Notes: a model not told the origin generated them from the sequence alone. Counted from the first letter of the stretch, positions 23,001-37,059 are shown. The stretch: DNA of 57,956 nucleotides from Chiloscyllium plagiosum (GCF_004010195.1 NC_057719.1:79745579-79803534), one strand, 5' to 3'. Program-made: numbers and translations.

Positions 23001-26000
23001 TGTATCCAGGATATCAAGTCCCACAGCACCTCTATCCATGGACGTCCAGTCCCTCTATACCTCTATCCAGGACATCCAGTCCTTCTATATCTCTATCCAG
23101 TATATCAGGCCCCACAGCACATCTATCCATGGACGTCCAGTCCCTCTATACCTCCATCCTGGACATCCAGTCCCTCCACACCTCTATCCTGGACATCCAG
23201 TCCCTCTACACCTGCATCCTGGACATCCAGTCCGTCTACACCTCCATCCCGGACATCAGTCTCTCTACACCTCTATGCTTGGACATCCATTCCCTCTACA
23301 CCTCTATACAGGACATCCAGCCCTTCTACACCTCCATCCTTGACATCGGTCCCTCTACACCTCTATCCATGGACATCCAGTCGCTATACCCCTCTATCCA
23401 GGACTTCCAGTCCCTCTACACCTCTATACAGGACATCCAGCACTTCTACACCTCCATCCTTGACATCGGTCCCTCTAAACCTCATCCATGGACATCCATT
23501 CCCTCTACACCTCTATCCAGGACATCCAGTCCCTCTACACCTCTATCCATGGACATCCAGTCCCTCTACACCTTCTTCCAGGACATCCAGTCGCTATACC
23601 CCTCTATCCAGGACTTCCAGTCCCTCTACATCTCTATCCAGGTCATCCAATACCTCTACACTTCTATTCATGGACATCCAGTCCATCTACACCTGTATCC
23701 AGGACATCCATTCCCTCTACACCTCCATCCTGGACATCCAGTCCCTCTGCATCTCCATCCAGGACATCCAGTCCCTCTGCACCTCCATCCTGGACATCAG
23801 TCCCTCTACCCCTCTATCCATGGACACCCAGTCCCTCTACACCTCTATCCATGGACATCCAGTCCCTCTACACCTCTAACCATGGACATCCAGTCCATCT
23901 ACACCTATATCCAGGACTTCCACTCCCTCTACACCTCTATCCACGACTTCCAGTCCTCTACACCTCCATCCAGGACATCCAGTCCCTCTACTCCTCCATC
24001 TTGGACATCCAGTCCTTCTACACCTCAATACAGGACATCCAGTCCCTCTACACCTCCATCCTGGACATCCAGTCCCTCTACACCTCTATCCTGAACATCC
24101 AGTCCTTATACCCCTCTATCCATGGACATCCAGTCCCTCTACAACTCTATTCAGGACATCCAGTCCCCCTACACCTCTATCCATGGACATCCAGTCCGTC
24201 TACACCTCTATCCTGGACCTCAGTCCCTCTACTCTTCTATCCTGGACATACAGTCCTTCTACACCTCCATCCTGGACATCAGCCCCTCTACACCTCTATC
24301 CAGGACATCCAGTCCCTCTACACCTCTATGCTGGATGTCCAGTCCCACTACACCTCTATACAGGACATCCAGTCCCTCTACACCTCTATCCTGGACATCC
24401 AGTCCTTCTGCACCTCCATCCTGGATATCCAGTCCCTATACACCTCTATCCTGAACATCCAGTACTTCTACATCTCCATCCTGGACATCCAGTACGTCTA
24501 CACCTCTATCCTGGACATCCAGTCCCTCTACATCTCTATCCTGAACATCCAGTCTCTCTACATCTCTATCCTGGACATCCAGTCCCTCCAAACCCCTATC
24601 CATGGACATCCAGTCCCTCTACACCTCCATCCTGGACATCCAGTCCTTCTACACCTCCATCCCGGACATCAGTCCGTCTACACCTCTATACATGGACATC
24701 CATTCCCTCTACACCTCTATACAGGACATCCAGCCCTTCTACACCTCCATCCTGGACATCGGTCCCTCTACACCTCTATACATGGACATCCATTCCCTCT
24801 ACACCTCTATCCAGGACGTCCAGTCCCTCTACACCTCTATCCATGGACATCCAGTCCCTCTACACCTTTTTCGAGGACATCCAGTCCCTATACCCCTCTA
24901 TCCATGGACATCCAGTCCCTCTACACCTCTATCCAGGACTTCCAGTCCCTCTACATCTCTATCCAGGTCATCCAGTACCTCTACACCTCTATCCATGGAC
25001 ATCCAGTCCCTCTACACCTCTATACAGGACATCCAGTCCCTCTACACCTCCATCCAAAACATTCAGTCCCTCAACCCCTCTATCCAGGATATCAAGTCCC
25101 ACAGCAGCACTATCCATGGACGTCCATTCCCTCTACACTTCCATTCTGGACATCCAGTCCAACTACACCTCTATCCATGGACATCCAGACCCTCTATACC
25201 TCTATCCAGGACATCCAGTCCTTCTATATCTCTATCCAGTATATCAGGCCCCACAGCACATCTATCCATGGACGTCCAGTCCCTCTATACCACCATCCTG
25301 GACATCCAGTCCCTCTACACCTCTATCCTGAACATCCAGTCACTCTGCACCTCCATCCTGGACATCCAGTCCGTCTACACCTCCATCCTGGACATCAGTC
25401 CCTCTACATCTCTATGCATGGACATCCAGTCCCACTACAACTCTATTCAGGACATCCAGCCCCCCTACACCTCTATCCATGGACATCAGGTCCTTCCACA
25501 TCTCCATCCTGGACATCCAGTCCCTCGACACCTCTATCCAGGATATCAAGTCCCACAGCACCTCTATCCTTGGACATCCAGTCCCTCTACACCTCTATCC
25601 ATGGATATCCAGCCCCCCGACACTTCTATCCATGGACCTCCAGTCCTTCTGCACCTCCATCCTGGATATCCAGTCCCTCTATACCTCCATCCTGGACATC
25701 CAGTCCCTCCACACCTCTATCCTGAACATCCAGTCCCTCTACACCTGCATCCTGGACATCCAGTCCGTCTACAACTCCATCCCGGACATCAGTCCCTCTA
25801 CACCTCTATGCTTGGACATCCATTCCCTCTACACCTCTATACAGGACATCCAGCCATTCTACACCTCCATCCTGGACATCGGTCCCTCTAAACCTCTATC
25901 CATGGACATCCATTCCCTCTACACCTCTATCCAGGACATCCAGTCCCTCTACGCCTTTTTCCAGGACATCCCAGTCTCTATACCCCTCTATCCAGGACAT

Positions 26001-29000
26001 CCAGTCCCTCTACATCTCTATCCAGGTCATCCAGTACCTCTACACCTCTATCCATGGACATCCAGTCCGTCTACACCTCCATCCTGGACATCGGTCCCTC
26101 TAAACCTCTATCCATGGACATCCATTCCCTCTACACCTCCATCCAGGACACCCAGTCCATCGACACGTCTATCCATGGACATCCAATCCCTCTATACCTC
26201 TATCCAAGACATCCAGTCCTTTTACATCTCTGTCCTGGACATCCTATCTCTCTACACCTCTATCCATGGACATCCAGTCCCACTACACCTCTATCCAGGG
26301 TATACAGTCCCTCTACACCTCTACACAGGACATCCAGTCCTTCTACACCTCCATCCCGGACATCAGTCCCTCCACACCTCTATGCATGGACATCCAGTCC
26401 CTCTACATCTCTAATCAGGACATCCAGCCCTTCTACATCTCCATCCTTGACATCGGTCCCTCTAAACCTCTATCCATGGACATCCATTCCCTCTACACCT
26501 CTATTCAGGACATCCAGTCCCTCTACACCTCTATCCATGGACATCCAGTCCCTCTACAACTTTTTCCAGGACATCCAGTCGCTATACCCCTCTATCCAGG
26601 ACATCCAGTCCCTCGACATCTCTATCCAGGTCATCCAATACCTCTACACTTCTATCCATGGACATCCAGTCCATCTACACCTGTATCCAGGACATCCATT
26701 CCCTCTACACCTCTATCCAGGACATCCAGTCCCTCTGCACCTCCATCCTGGACATCCAGTCCTTCTACACCTCCATCCTGGACATCAGTCCCTCTACACC
26801 TCTATCCAGGACATCCAGTCGCTCTTCACCTCTATCCAGGTCATCCAGTACCTCTACACCTCTATCCAGGGACATCCAGTCCCTCTACACCTCTAACCAT
26901 GGACATCCAGTCCATCTACACCTATATCCAGGACTTCCACTCCCTTTACACCTTTATCCACGACTTCCAGTCCTCTACACCTCCAACCAGGACATCCAGT
27001 CCCTCTACTCCTCCATCTTGGACATCCAGTCCTTCTACACCTCAATACAGGACATCCAGTCCCTCTACACCTCCATCCTGGACATCCATTCCCTCTACAC
27101 CTCTATCCTGAACATCCAGTCCTTATACCCCTCTATCCATGGACATCCAGTCCGTCTATACCTCTATCCTGGACCTCAGTCCCTCTACTCTTCTATCCTG
27201 GACATACAGTCCTTCTACACCACCATCCTGGACATCAGCCCCTCTACACCTCTATCCAGGACATCCAGTCCCTCTACACCTCTATGCTGGATGTCCAGTC
27301 CCACTACACCTCTACACAGGACATCCAGTCCCTCTACACCTCTATCCTGGACATCCAGTCCCTATACACCTCTATCCTGAACATCAAGTACTTCTACATC
27401 TCCATCCTGGACATCCAGTCCGTCTACACCTCTATCCTGAACATCCAGTCCCTCTACATCTCTATCCTGGACATCAGTCCCTCTACCATTCTATCCTGGA
27501 CATCCAGTCCCTCTACACCTCTATCCTGGACATCCAGTCCCTCCAAACCCCTATCCTGGACATCCAGTCCTTCTACAATTCCATCCTGGATTTCAGCCCC
27601 TCTACACCTCTATCCATGGACATCCAGTCCCTCTACACCTCCATCCTGGACATCCCTATACATGGACATCCATTCCCTCTACACCTCTATCCAGGACATC
27701 CAGTCCCTCTACACCTCTATCCATGGACATCCAGTCCCTCTACACCTCTATGCAGGACTTCCAGTCCCTCTACATCTCTATACAGGTCATCCAGTACCTC
27801 TACACCTCTATCCATGGACATCCAGTCCCTCTACACCTCTATACAGGACATCCAGTCCCTCTACACCTCCATCCTTGGACATCCAGTCCCTCTACACCTC
27901 TATCCAGGACATCCAGTCCCTATACCCCTCTATCCATGGACATCCAGTCCCTCTACACCTCTATACAGGACATCCACTCCCTCTACACCTCCATCCATGG
28001 ACATCCAGTCCCTCTACACCTCTATACAGGACATCCAGTCCCTATACCCCTCTATCCATGGACATCCAGTCCCTCTACACCTCTATCCAGGACTTCCAGT
28101 CCCTCTACATCTCTATCCAGGTCATCCAGTACCTCTACACCTCTATCCATGGACATCCAGTCCCTCTACACCTCTCTGCAGGACATCCAGTCCCTCTACA
28201 CCTCCATCCAAAACATCCAGTCCCTCAACCCCTCTATCCAGGATATCAAGTCCCACAGCAGCTCTATCCATGGACGTCCATTCCCTCTACACCTCCATCC
28301 AGGACACCCCGTCCATCGACACCTCTATCCATGGACATCCAATCCCTCTATACCTCTATCCAAGACATCCAGTCCCTCTACATCTCTGTCCTGGACATCC
28401 TATCTCTCTACACCTCTATCCAGGACATCCAGTCCCTCTACACCTCTATCCAGGACATCCAGTCCCTCTACACCTCTATCCATGGACATCCAGTCCCTCT
28501 ACNNNNNNNNNNNNNNNNNNNNNNNNNNNNNNNNNNNNNNNNNNNNNNNNNNNNNNNNNNNNNNNNNNNNNNNNNNNNNNNNNNNNNNNNNNNNNNNNNN
28601 NNNNNNNNNNNNNNNNNNNNNNNNNNNNNNNNNNNNNNNNNNNNNNNNNNNNNNNNNNNNNNNNNNNNNNNNNNNNNNNNNNNNNNNNNNNNNNNNNNNN
28701 NNNNNNNNNNNNNNNNNNNNNNNNNNNNNNNNNNNNNNNNNCCGTCCTTCTATATCGCTATCCAGTATATCAGGCCCCACAGCCCATCTATCCATGGACG
28801 TCCAGTCCCTCTATACCTCCATCCTGGACATCCAGTCCCTCCACACCTCTATCCTGAACATCCAGTCACTCTGCACCACCATCCTGGACCTCCAGTCCGT
28901 CTACACCTCCATCCCGGACATCAGTCCCTCTACACCTCTATGCATGGACATCCAGTCCCACTACAACTCTATCCATGGATATCCAGTCCTTCCACATCTC

Positions 29001-32000
29001 CATCCTGGACATCCAGTCCCTCGACACCTCTATCCAGGATATCAAGTCCCACAGCACCTCTATCCTTGGACATCCAGTCCCTCTACACCTCTATCCATGG
29101 ATATCCAGCCCCCCTACACTTCTATCCATGGACCTCCAGTCCTTGTGCACCTCCATCCTGGATATCCAGTCCCTCTATACCTCCATCCAGGACATACAGT
29201 CCCTCTACACCTCCATCCTGGACATCCAGTACCTCTACACCTCCATCCAGGGCATCCAGTCCCTCTACATCTCTATCCAGGACATCCAGTCCCTCTACAC
29301 CTCCATCCTGGACATCCAGTCCCTCGACACCTCCATCCTGGACCTCCAGCCCCTCTACACCTCTCTCCTGGACATCCACTCCTTCTACACCTCTATCCTG
29401 AACATTCAGTCCCTTTACACTTCTATCTAGGACATCCAGTCCATCTACATCTCCATCCTGGCGATCCAGTCCCTCTACACCTCTATACAGGACATCCAGT
29501 CCCTCTACACCTCTATCCAGGGAAGTCCAGTCCCTCTACACCTCTATACAGGACAGCTAGTCCCTCTACACCTCCATCCAGGACATCCAGTCCCTCTGCA
29601 CCTCTATCCTGGACATCCAGTCCCTCTACACCTCTATCCAGGGAAGTCCAGTCCCTCTACACCTCCATCCTGGACCTCCAGTCCCTCTACACCGCAATAC
29701 AGGACATCTAGTCTCTATACACCTCCATCGAGGACATCCAGTCCCTCTACACCTCTATCTAGGACATCCAGTCCCTCTACACCTCTATACATGAACATCC
29801 AGGCCCTCTATACCTCCATCCTGGACATCCAGTCCCTCTACATCTCCATCCTGGACATCCAGTACCTCTACACCTCCATCCTGGACATCCAGTCCCTCAA
29901 CACCTCTATCCAGGATATCAAGTCCCACAGCACCTCTATCCTTGGACATCCACTCCCTCTAAACCTCTATCCATGGATATCCAGTCCCTCTACAACTCTA
30001 TTCAGGACATCCAGCCCCCCTACACCTCTATCCATGGACATCCAGTCCGTCTACACCTCTATCCATGGACATCCAGTCCCTCTGCACCTTTATCCAGGAC
30101 ATCCAGTCCCTCTACACCTTCCTCCAGGACATCCAGTCCCTCTACACCTCTATCCATGAACATCCAATCCCTCTACACCTCCATCATGGACATCCAGTCC
30201 CTCTACACCTCTATCCAGGTCATCCAGTACCTCTACACATCTATCCATGGACATCTACACCTGTATCCAGGACATCTACTCCCTCTACACCTCTATTAAG
30301 GACATCCAGTCCCTCTACACCTCCATCCAGGACATCCAGTCCTTCTACACCTCTATCCTGGACATCCAGTCCTTCTACATCTTCATCCTGGACATCAGCC
30401 CCTCTACCCCTCTATCCATGGACACCCAGTCCCTCTGCACCCCTATCCAGGACATCCAGTCCCTCTTCACCTCTATCCAGCTCATCCAGTACCTCTACAC
30501 CTCTATCCATGGACATCCAGTCCCTCTGCACCTTTATCCAGGACATCCAGTCCCTCTACACCTCTATCCAGGNNNNNNNNNNNNNNNNNNNNNNNNNNNN
30601 NNNNNNNNNNNNNNNNNNNNNNNNNNNNNNNNNNNNNNNNNNNNNNNNNNNNNNNNNNNNNNNNNNNNNNNNNNNNNNNNNNNNNNNNNNNNNNNNNNNN
30701 NNNNNNNNNNNNNNNNNNNNNNNNNNNNNNNNNNNNNNNNNNNNNNNNNNNNNNNNNNNNNNNNNNNNNNNNNNNNNNNNNNNNNNNNNNNNNNNNNNNN
30801 NNNNNNNNNNNNNNNNNNNNNNNNNNNNNNNNNNNNNNNNNNNNNNNNNNNNNNNNNNNNNNNNNNNNNNNNNNNNNNNNNNNNNNNNNNNNNNNNNNNN
30901 NNNNNNNNNNNNNNNNNNNNNNNNNNNNNNNNNNNNNNNNNNNNNNCCAGTCCCTCTACACCTCCATCCAGGACATCCAGTCCTTCTACACCTCTATCCT
31001 GGACATCCAGTCCCTCTACACTTCTATCCATGGACACCCAGTCCCTCTGCACCTCCATCCTGGACATCCAGTCCCTCTACACCTCTATCCAGGACATCCA
31101 GTCCCTCTACACCTCCATCCTGGACATCCAGTCCCTCTACACCTCTAATTAGGGAAATCCGGTCCCTCTACACCTCCATCCTGGAGATTCAGTCCCCCTA
31201 CACCTCTATACAGGACATTCGGTCCCTCTACACCTCTATCCATGGACATCCAATCCCTCTACACCTCCATCCTGGACATCCAGTACCTCTACACCTCTAT
31301 CCATGGACATCCGGTCCCTCTACACCTCCATCCTGGACATCCATTCCCTCTACACCTCTATCCAGGACATCTAGTCCCTCTACATCTCTATCCAGGTCAT
31401 CCAGTACCTCTACACCTCTATCCATGGACATCCAGTCCATCCACACCTGTATCCAGGACATCCACTCCCTCTACACCTCTATTAAGGACAACCAGTCCCT
31501 CTACACCTCCATCCAGGACATCCAGTCCCTCTACACCTCCATCCTGGACATCCAGTCCTTCTACATCTCCATCCTGAACATCAGCCCCTCTACCCCTCTA
31601 TCCATGGACACCCAGTCCCTCTACACCTCTATCCAGGACATCCAGTACCTTTACACCTCTATCCATGGACATCCAGTCCCTCTACACCTCTATCCATGGA
31701 CATCCAGTCCCTCTACACCTCTATCCATGGACATCCAGTCTATCTACAACTCTATCCATGGACATCCAGTCCCTCTACACCTCCATCCTGGACATCCAGT
31801 CCCTCTACACCGCAATACAGAACATCCAGTCTCTATACACCTCCATTGTGGACATCCAGGCCCTCTACTCCTCCATCCTGGACATCAGTCCCTCTACACC
31901 TCTATCCAGGACATTCAGTCCCTCTACACTTCTATCCAGGACATCCAGTCCTTCTACACCTCTATGCATGGACATCCAGTCCCTCTACACCTCCATTCTG

Positions 32001-32541
32001 GGCATCCAGTACCTCTACACCTCTATCCAGTACATCCAGTCCCTCTACACCTCCATCCTGGACATCCAGTCCCTCTACACCTCTAATTAGGGAAATCCAG
32101 TCCCTCTACACCTCCATCCTGGAGATTCAGTCCCCCTACACCTCTATACAGGACATTCGGTCCCTCTACACCTCCATCCTGGAGATTCAGTCCCCCTACA
32201 CCTCTATACAGGACATTCAGTCCCTCTACACCTCTATCCATGGATATCCAATCCCTCTACACCTCTATCCTGGACATCCAGTCCCTCTACACCTCTATCC
32301 ATGGACATCCAGTCCCTCTACACCTCTGTCCATGGACATCCAATCCCTCTACACCTCCATCCTGGACATCCAGTACCTCTACACCTCTATCCTGGACATC
32401 CAGTCCCTCTACCCCTCCATCCAGGACTTCCAGTCCCTCTACACCTCCATCCAGGACGTCCAGTCCCTCTACACCTCCATCCAGGACATCCAGTTCCTAT
32501 ACACCTCCATCCAGGACATCCAGTCCCTCTACACCTCCATC
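20032..32541 (+). repeat. 30/31-bp minisatellite, ~12.5 kb, roughly 390-400 sequenced units; internal gaps at 28503-28741 and 30573-30946
   Basis: Unit ggacatccagtccctctacacctc(t/c)atcc(a/t/at); C-rich on the + strand; copy number estimated from length. Confidence 0.99.
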
Positions 32542-32543
32542 CC

Positions 32544-32571
32544 ATCCAGCATCTGCAGACCTCTCTTTCTC
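32544..32571 (+). mobile_element. Extreme 3' tip of a PLE (direct arm)
   Basis: atccagcatctgcagacctctctttc matches the reverse complement of 39146-39170 (ctccagcatctgcagtcctcactt). Confidence 0.65.
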
Positions 32572-32790
32572 CTGAAGTTGTTCTTGCCATGCCCTCCTGC
32601 AATCTCCATTGAACCGGAGTTGATCCCCTGGCTTGATGGTAATGGTTACAGCTAGGAATATGAACTTGTGCATCATCCATGTGTTAAAGTTGCTTGCCAA
32701 ATCAAAAGACTCATCCACTTATTACAAATCCCAATTTGCGATTGCAAATTAGGATTGCCTTCTCGTCATGATCACAGTGTTACAGGGAAT
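32572..32790 (-). mobile_element. Old CR1/L2-group LINE ORF2 fragment, right piece
   Basis: ORF 32497-32718 contains TITIKPGDQLRFNGDCRRAWQEQ (PWFN-type linker motif). Confidence 0.65.
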
Positions 32791-32799
32791 TGTTTTTGC

Positions 32800-33962
32800 C
32801 TTCAGGGCAGGAGACAGAGAGTGATGGTGGAGGGTTGCTTTTCAGACTGAAGGTCTGTCACCAGGGACGTTCCACAAGAATCGTTTGGCTCCTCTTTTGT
32901 TTGTCATTTATATAAATGATTTGGATGAGAATGTCGAAGGCGTGGTTAGTAGGTTTGCAGATGACACCAAAATTGGTTTTGTAAGGTTACAAAGAGATCT
33001 TGATCAAAGGGGTCAACGGGCTGAGAAATGACAGATGGAGTTCAATCTGGTATTGCATTTTGGTACAACACACAACGGTAGGGTTTACACAATTAATGGT
33101 AGGGTCTTGGGTAGTGTTGCAAAGCCGAGTGATTCAGGGGTGCAGGTACGTAATTCTTAGAAATTTGTGTCATATATAGACAGGGTGGTTTCAAAGGCAT
33201 TTGGCACACTTGCCTTCATTGTTTAGCCCTTTGAGTTTGGAGTTGGGACAACATGTTGAGGATGTACAAGATATTGGTGAGGCCTCTTCTGGAATACTGT
33301 GTCCAGTTCTGGTCACCCAGTCACAGGAAGGATATGAATAATCTGGACAGGCTTCAGAAAAGATGTACCAGGATGTTGCTGGGTGTGGAAGCTTTGAGTT
33401 ATAAAGAAAGGCTGGATAGGCTGGGACTTTTTTCACCGGAATATAGGAGGTTGAAAGGCGAACTGATAGAAATTTATAAAATAATGAGGGGTATGGATAC
33501 AGTAAACGGTAGTTATCTTTTCCCTCGGATGGGGGATTCCAATACTGGAGGGCACATTTTTATGGTGAGATGACAGAGATTTAAAAAAGACGTGAGGGTC
33601 ACATTTGTTTACACAAAGGGTGGTTCGCATGTGGAATGAACTTCCTGAGGAAGTGGTGGTGGATTTAGGTACAATTACAACATTTAGAAGACATTTGGAT
33701 AAGTACATGAATAGGAAAGGTTTGGAGAGATATGGGCCAAAGCAGGCAGGTAGGGCTAGTTTAGTTTGGGATTATGTTCAGCATGGACTGATTGAACTGA
33801 AGGTAAAAACAATGACTGCAGATGCTGGAAACCCAGATTCTGGATTAGTGGTGCTGGAAGAGCACAGCAGTTCCGGAAGCATCCTGAACTGCTGTGGTCT
33901 TCCAGTACCACTAATCCAGAGTCTGATTGAACTGAAGGGTCTGTTTCCACGCTGTATGACTC
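32800..33962 (+). mobile_element. CR1 3' portion
   Basis: FADDTK at ~32954; ORF 33253-33573 (LVRPLLEYCVQFWSP); 3' tail. Confidence 0.95.
33804..33922. mobile_element. Short fold-back PLE-derived insertion in the CR1 3' UTR
   Basis: Inverted arms of ~40 bp (cagattctggattagtggtgctggaagagcacagcagttc and its near-rc); direct repeat ctgattgaactgaagg at 33788-33803 and 33923-33938. Confidence 0.85.
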
Positions 33963-34004
33963 TGTGTGAGAGTGTCTAATAAGGCTAGTATTCGATGTTC
34001 ATGC

Positions 34005-34240
34005 ATAATTACCCTTGAGGAACTGGCTAAGCCATTTCAGAAGCAGTTAAGAGTCAAACACATTGCTGTTGGCCTGGAGTCACATGTAGGTTAGAGGTGG
34101 CAGTTTTCCTTCTCTGAAGGGATTTTACAACCATTGGTGATGTTCACATAACTTTTAATTCTGGAGATTTTATTTTGGTATATTGAATTCAGATTTCCCA
34201 CCTGCCATGGTGGAATTCAAACCTACATTTCCAGAATACT
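34005..34240 (-). mobile_element. Diverged tRNA-headed SINE copy
   Basis: cagttaagagtcaaacacattgctgttggcctggagtcacatgtagg; ctgccatggtggaattcaaacc. Confidence 0.65.
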
Positions 34241-35634
34241 TGTGTGCAGGTTTCAATCCTTAAAATGAGATGGACATTCTCTGTGTTGGGACTGCAGGCT
34301 TTCAGTACAGACAGTCAGCCCTGCCCTCAATTTTGTTACGCATTTCCTGCCACCTACCTCCTCCTCTTTTGCCGCTTCTTGTCCTCCACACTCAGCCTTC
34401 AGGTCTTCGAGGATGTTAAACAACTGGAATAACGGGTCCTTGGCCTCCAATGACAGGCCTCCTCTATCCTGACCTTGCTACTCCTCCTGTAATGTACCCT
34501 GTCTCCGGATTGGAGCACTGAGCCTATGGGACACAGCAGACTGGCAAAGTAGCTCCTTATAGGTTCTGTCTCTCCTATGCCCACTGCTCCTCCAATCAAT
34601 CTCTTCACTGTCTCCCTGCTACAAGCTAGTTTTCATATTTTAAAAGCTGACCACAAGAAGACAGCTATAATTAAAAAAAAATGGCAGCCCCAGTTTCACC
34701 TGAATCGCTTTGTAGATTGCAACACTGCCCTGTCTCTACAGGGAAATAAAAGGAAGCATCCAGGCTGATATCGATTCCATATCTTTTTCTGAAAAGTATT
34801 CAAAAGGGCACACAGTGAGGTTGGCTTCCTCTGGGGAATGTTCACTAGAGACGCACAATGAGTGCAGCTAATGCTTCCATTTATTAAAAGGCATTCAATG
34901 GATGTTCTTTAAATTAATCCTTACAGGACACGGAGATTGAGGCTTTTGGAAGGCTGTCCCAATCCTTAATCATCCTGGAGGAAGAAAAGGAGTCAGCACA
35001 CGAAGCACATCAGGACATTGGCAGTCGGTGCTGTGGGTTATGAACTCTTTGAGCTCAGTCACATTCGAGCTTAACCACTTTGAAATATTTAATTGCACAT
35101 GCCAAATTATATACAGAAATATGACCTAATTATTTGGTTCCAGGGTCTGTGCCTGCTTAGAAACATGACCAACTGCGGGACACTGGCATCTCGAGCACTG
35201 CATTTCCTTTACTGAAGGTGAAGACTGAGGGAAGCTCTATTTCATGAATCCAAGCATTGTATTTGCCTTACAGGCTGTGTATTGACTTTGTAAGTAGCTC
35301 TTTCAATTATTTTGGATGCGGTTCCGAAGTATCAGCATTCCTTACTAACTTCAAAGTGGGAATCCTGAGTTGTGTGATTGGTCAATTTCAATTTGGCTTC
35401 AGATTGAAGGATGGATTTGTGTGCAAAGACCCTGGCTCTCTCAAATTCTCAGGGTGTGAATGTCATCACAGTGGATAAACAATTGACCTATTAATTCAAC
35501 ATATTTGAAAAAAGGATACTAAAAAAACGGCAATACAGACTGAGATTGGATTTCACCAGAAAGCCATCAAGCCAGTAACCAGCCAACAGTGGAGGTAAGG
35601 TCACAGACTGAGATACCTTGAAAGTAGAGTAGAG

Positions 35635-35700
35635 TCATAGTCATAGTCATAGTCATAGTCATAGTCATAGTCATAGTCATAGTCATAGTCATAGTCATAG
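35635..35700. repeat. (TCATAG)11 microsatellite, the expanded CR1 tail
   Basis: Perfect hexamer run adjoining a minus-strand CR1 3' end. Confidence 0.97.
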
Positions 35701-36343
35701 AGATGTACAGCATAGACACAGACCCTTCGGTCCAACTCATCCATGCCGACCAGATAACCTAACCGCATCTAGTCCCATTTGCCACCACTTGGCCCATATC
35801 CCTCCAAACCCTTCCTATTCATATACCCATCCAGATGCCTTTTAAATGTTGCAATTGTACCAGCCTCCACCACATCCTCTGGCAGCTCATTCCATACACA
35901 TACCATCCTCTGCAGTGAAAACGTTGCCCCTTAAGTCTCTTTTCTCCTCTCACCCGGCCTAACCAATGTCCTGTACAGCCACAACATGACCTCCCAACTC
36001 CTGTACTCAATACATTGACCAGTAAAGAAAAGTATACCAAACACCTTCTTCAATATCCTATCTACCTGCGACTCCACTTTCAAGGAATTATGAACCTGCA
36101 CTCCAAGGTCTTTTTGTTCAGCAACACTCCCTAGGACCTACCCATTAAGTGTATAAGTCCTGCTCTGATTTGCTTTTCCAAAATGCAGCACCTTGCATTT
36201 AATAAATAAATTTAATTCCATCTGCCACTCCTCAGCCCATTGGCCCATCTGATCAAGATTCCATTGTACTCTGTGGTAACCTTCGTTGCTGTCCACTACA
36301 TTCCAATTTTGGTGTCATCTGCAAACTTACTAACTATACCTCC
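35635..36343 (-). mobile_element. CR1 3' portion with internal deletion
   Basis: rc of FADDTK at ~36310-36325; CR1 3' UTR; jump in homology near 35955. Confidence 0.92.
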
Positions 36344-37059
36344 TACATAGGTGGAAGACTCTCCATAACCTGTTCTAATTTGAAGTTCACATGCAAAATA
36401 ACCTTGTGGCTATTCAACTACAAGAAGCCTCATAGCCTATTGCTTTTCAATTCACCTAAGAAACTACAGGCCTGTCATGAAAGCCAGGCCAAAGGACAAT
36501 GGGTGCATCGTTTCTTCATTTGAAGCTAATCTTTTCGTGGGGGGATGGTTTGCCTGAATCATGTGAGATGTGCTCCTTTCAACCACTTGGGTAAGTGTCA
36601 GATAATAAATAACCTTCTTTATTGTAAAACTCACAAAAAGCTTGCTGCTGAGGTTATTAAAACTGAGACAGTCTTTCTGAGGAGAATCGCAATTCGATCA
36701 TGTACTGACAGGTAAGTGGAGGGGTGGACAGCTTACCTTGTATTTTTCACTCCCATATTTGATTTTTCACACAATATTCTTAAGGGTTCAAGGCAAAAGG
36801 TGCCTGCTCCCCCTGTGTATTTTGAATCTCGGTGAACAGGGCTTGGTGCAAGTTTGAATATGAGCAATAGGCCTCAATTTGACAACATTAATATTCAGGC
36901 TGGCAAAGTGCCCCTCTTTGAGTCTCAGTCTATCATCTCACACAGGGGCAATATGGGGTAGAAGCGAAACAATGACTGGCTTCAGTGCGCAGACATGGGA
37001 TTGAAACACTGAAGTTAAAAGCCCATTATGGATTGAGATATTCATACGCATGCAGAATC

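Noticed and set aside
19932..32655. Dozens of long ORFs (up to 745 aa) suggesting a mucin/extensin-like gene
   Set aside because: All three + frames are open only because the unit lacks stops; 29/30/31-bp units shift frame constantly; the array lies inside retroelement debris.
34253..34620. Protein-like short minus-strand ORFs
   Set aside because: No recognisable homology and no consistent splice or phase structure.
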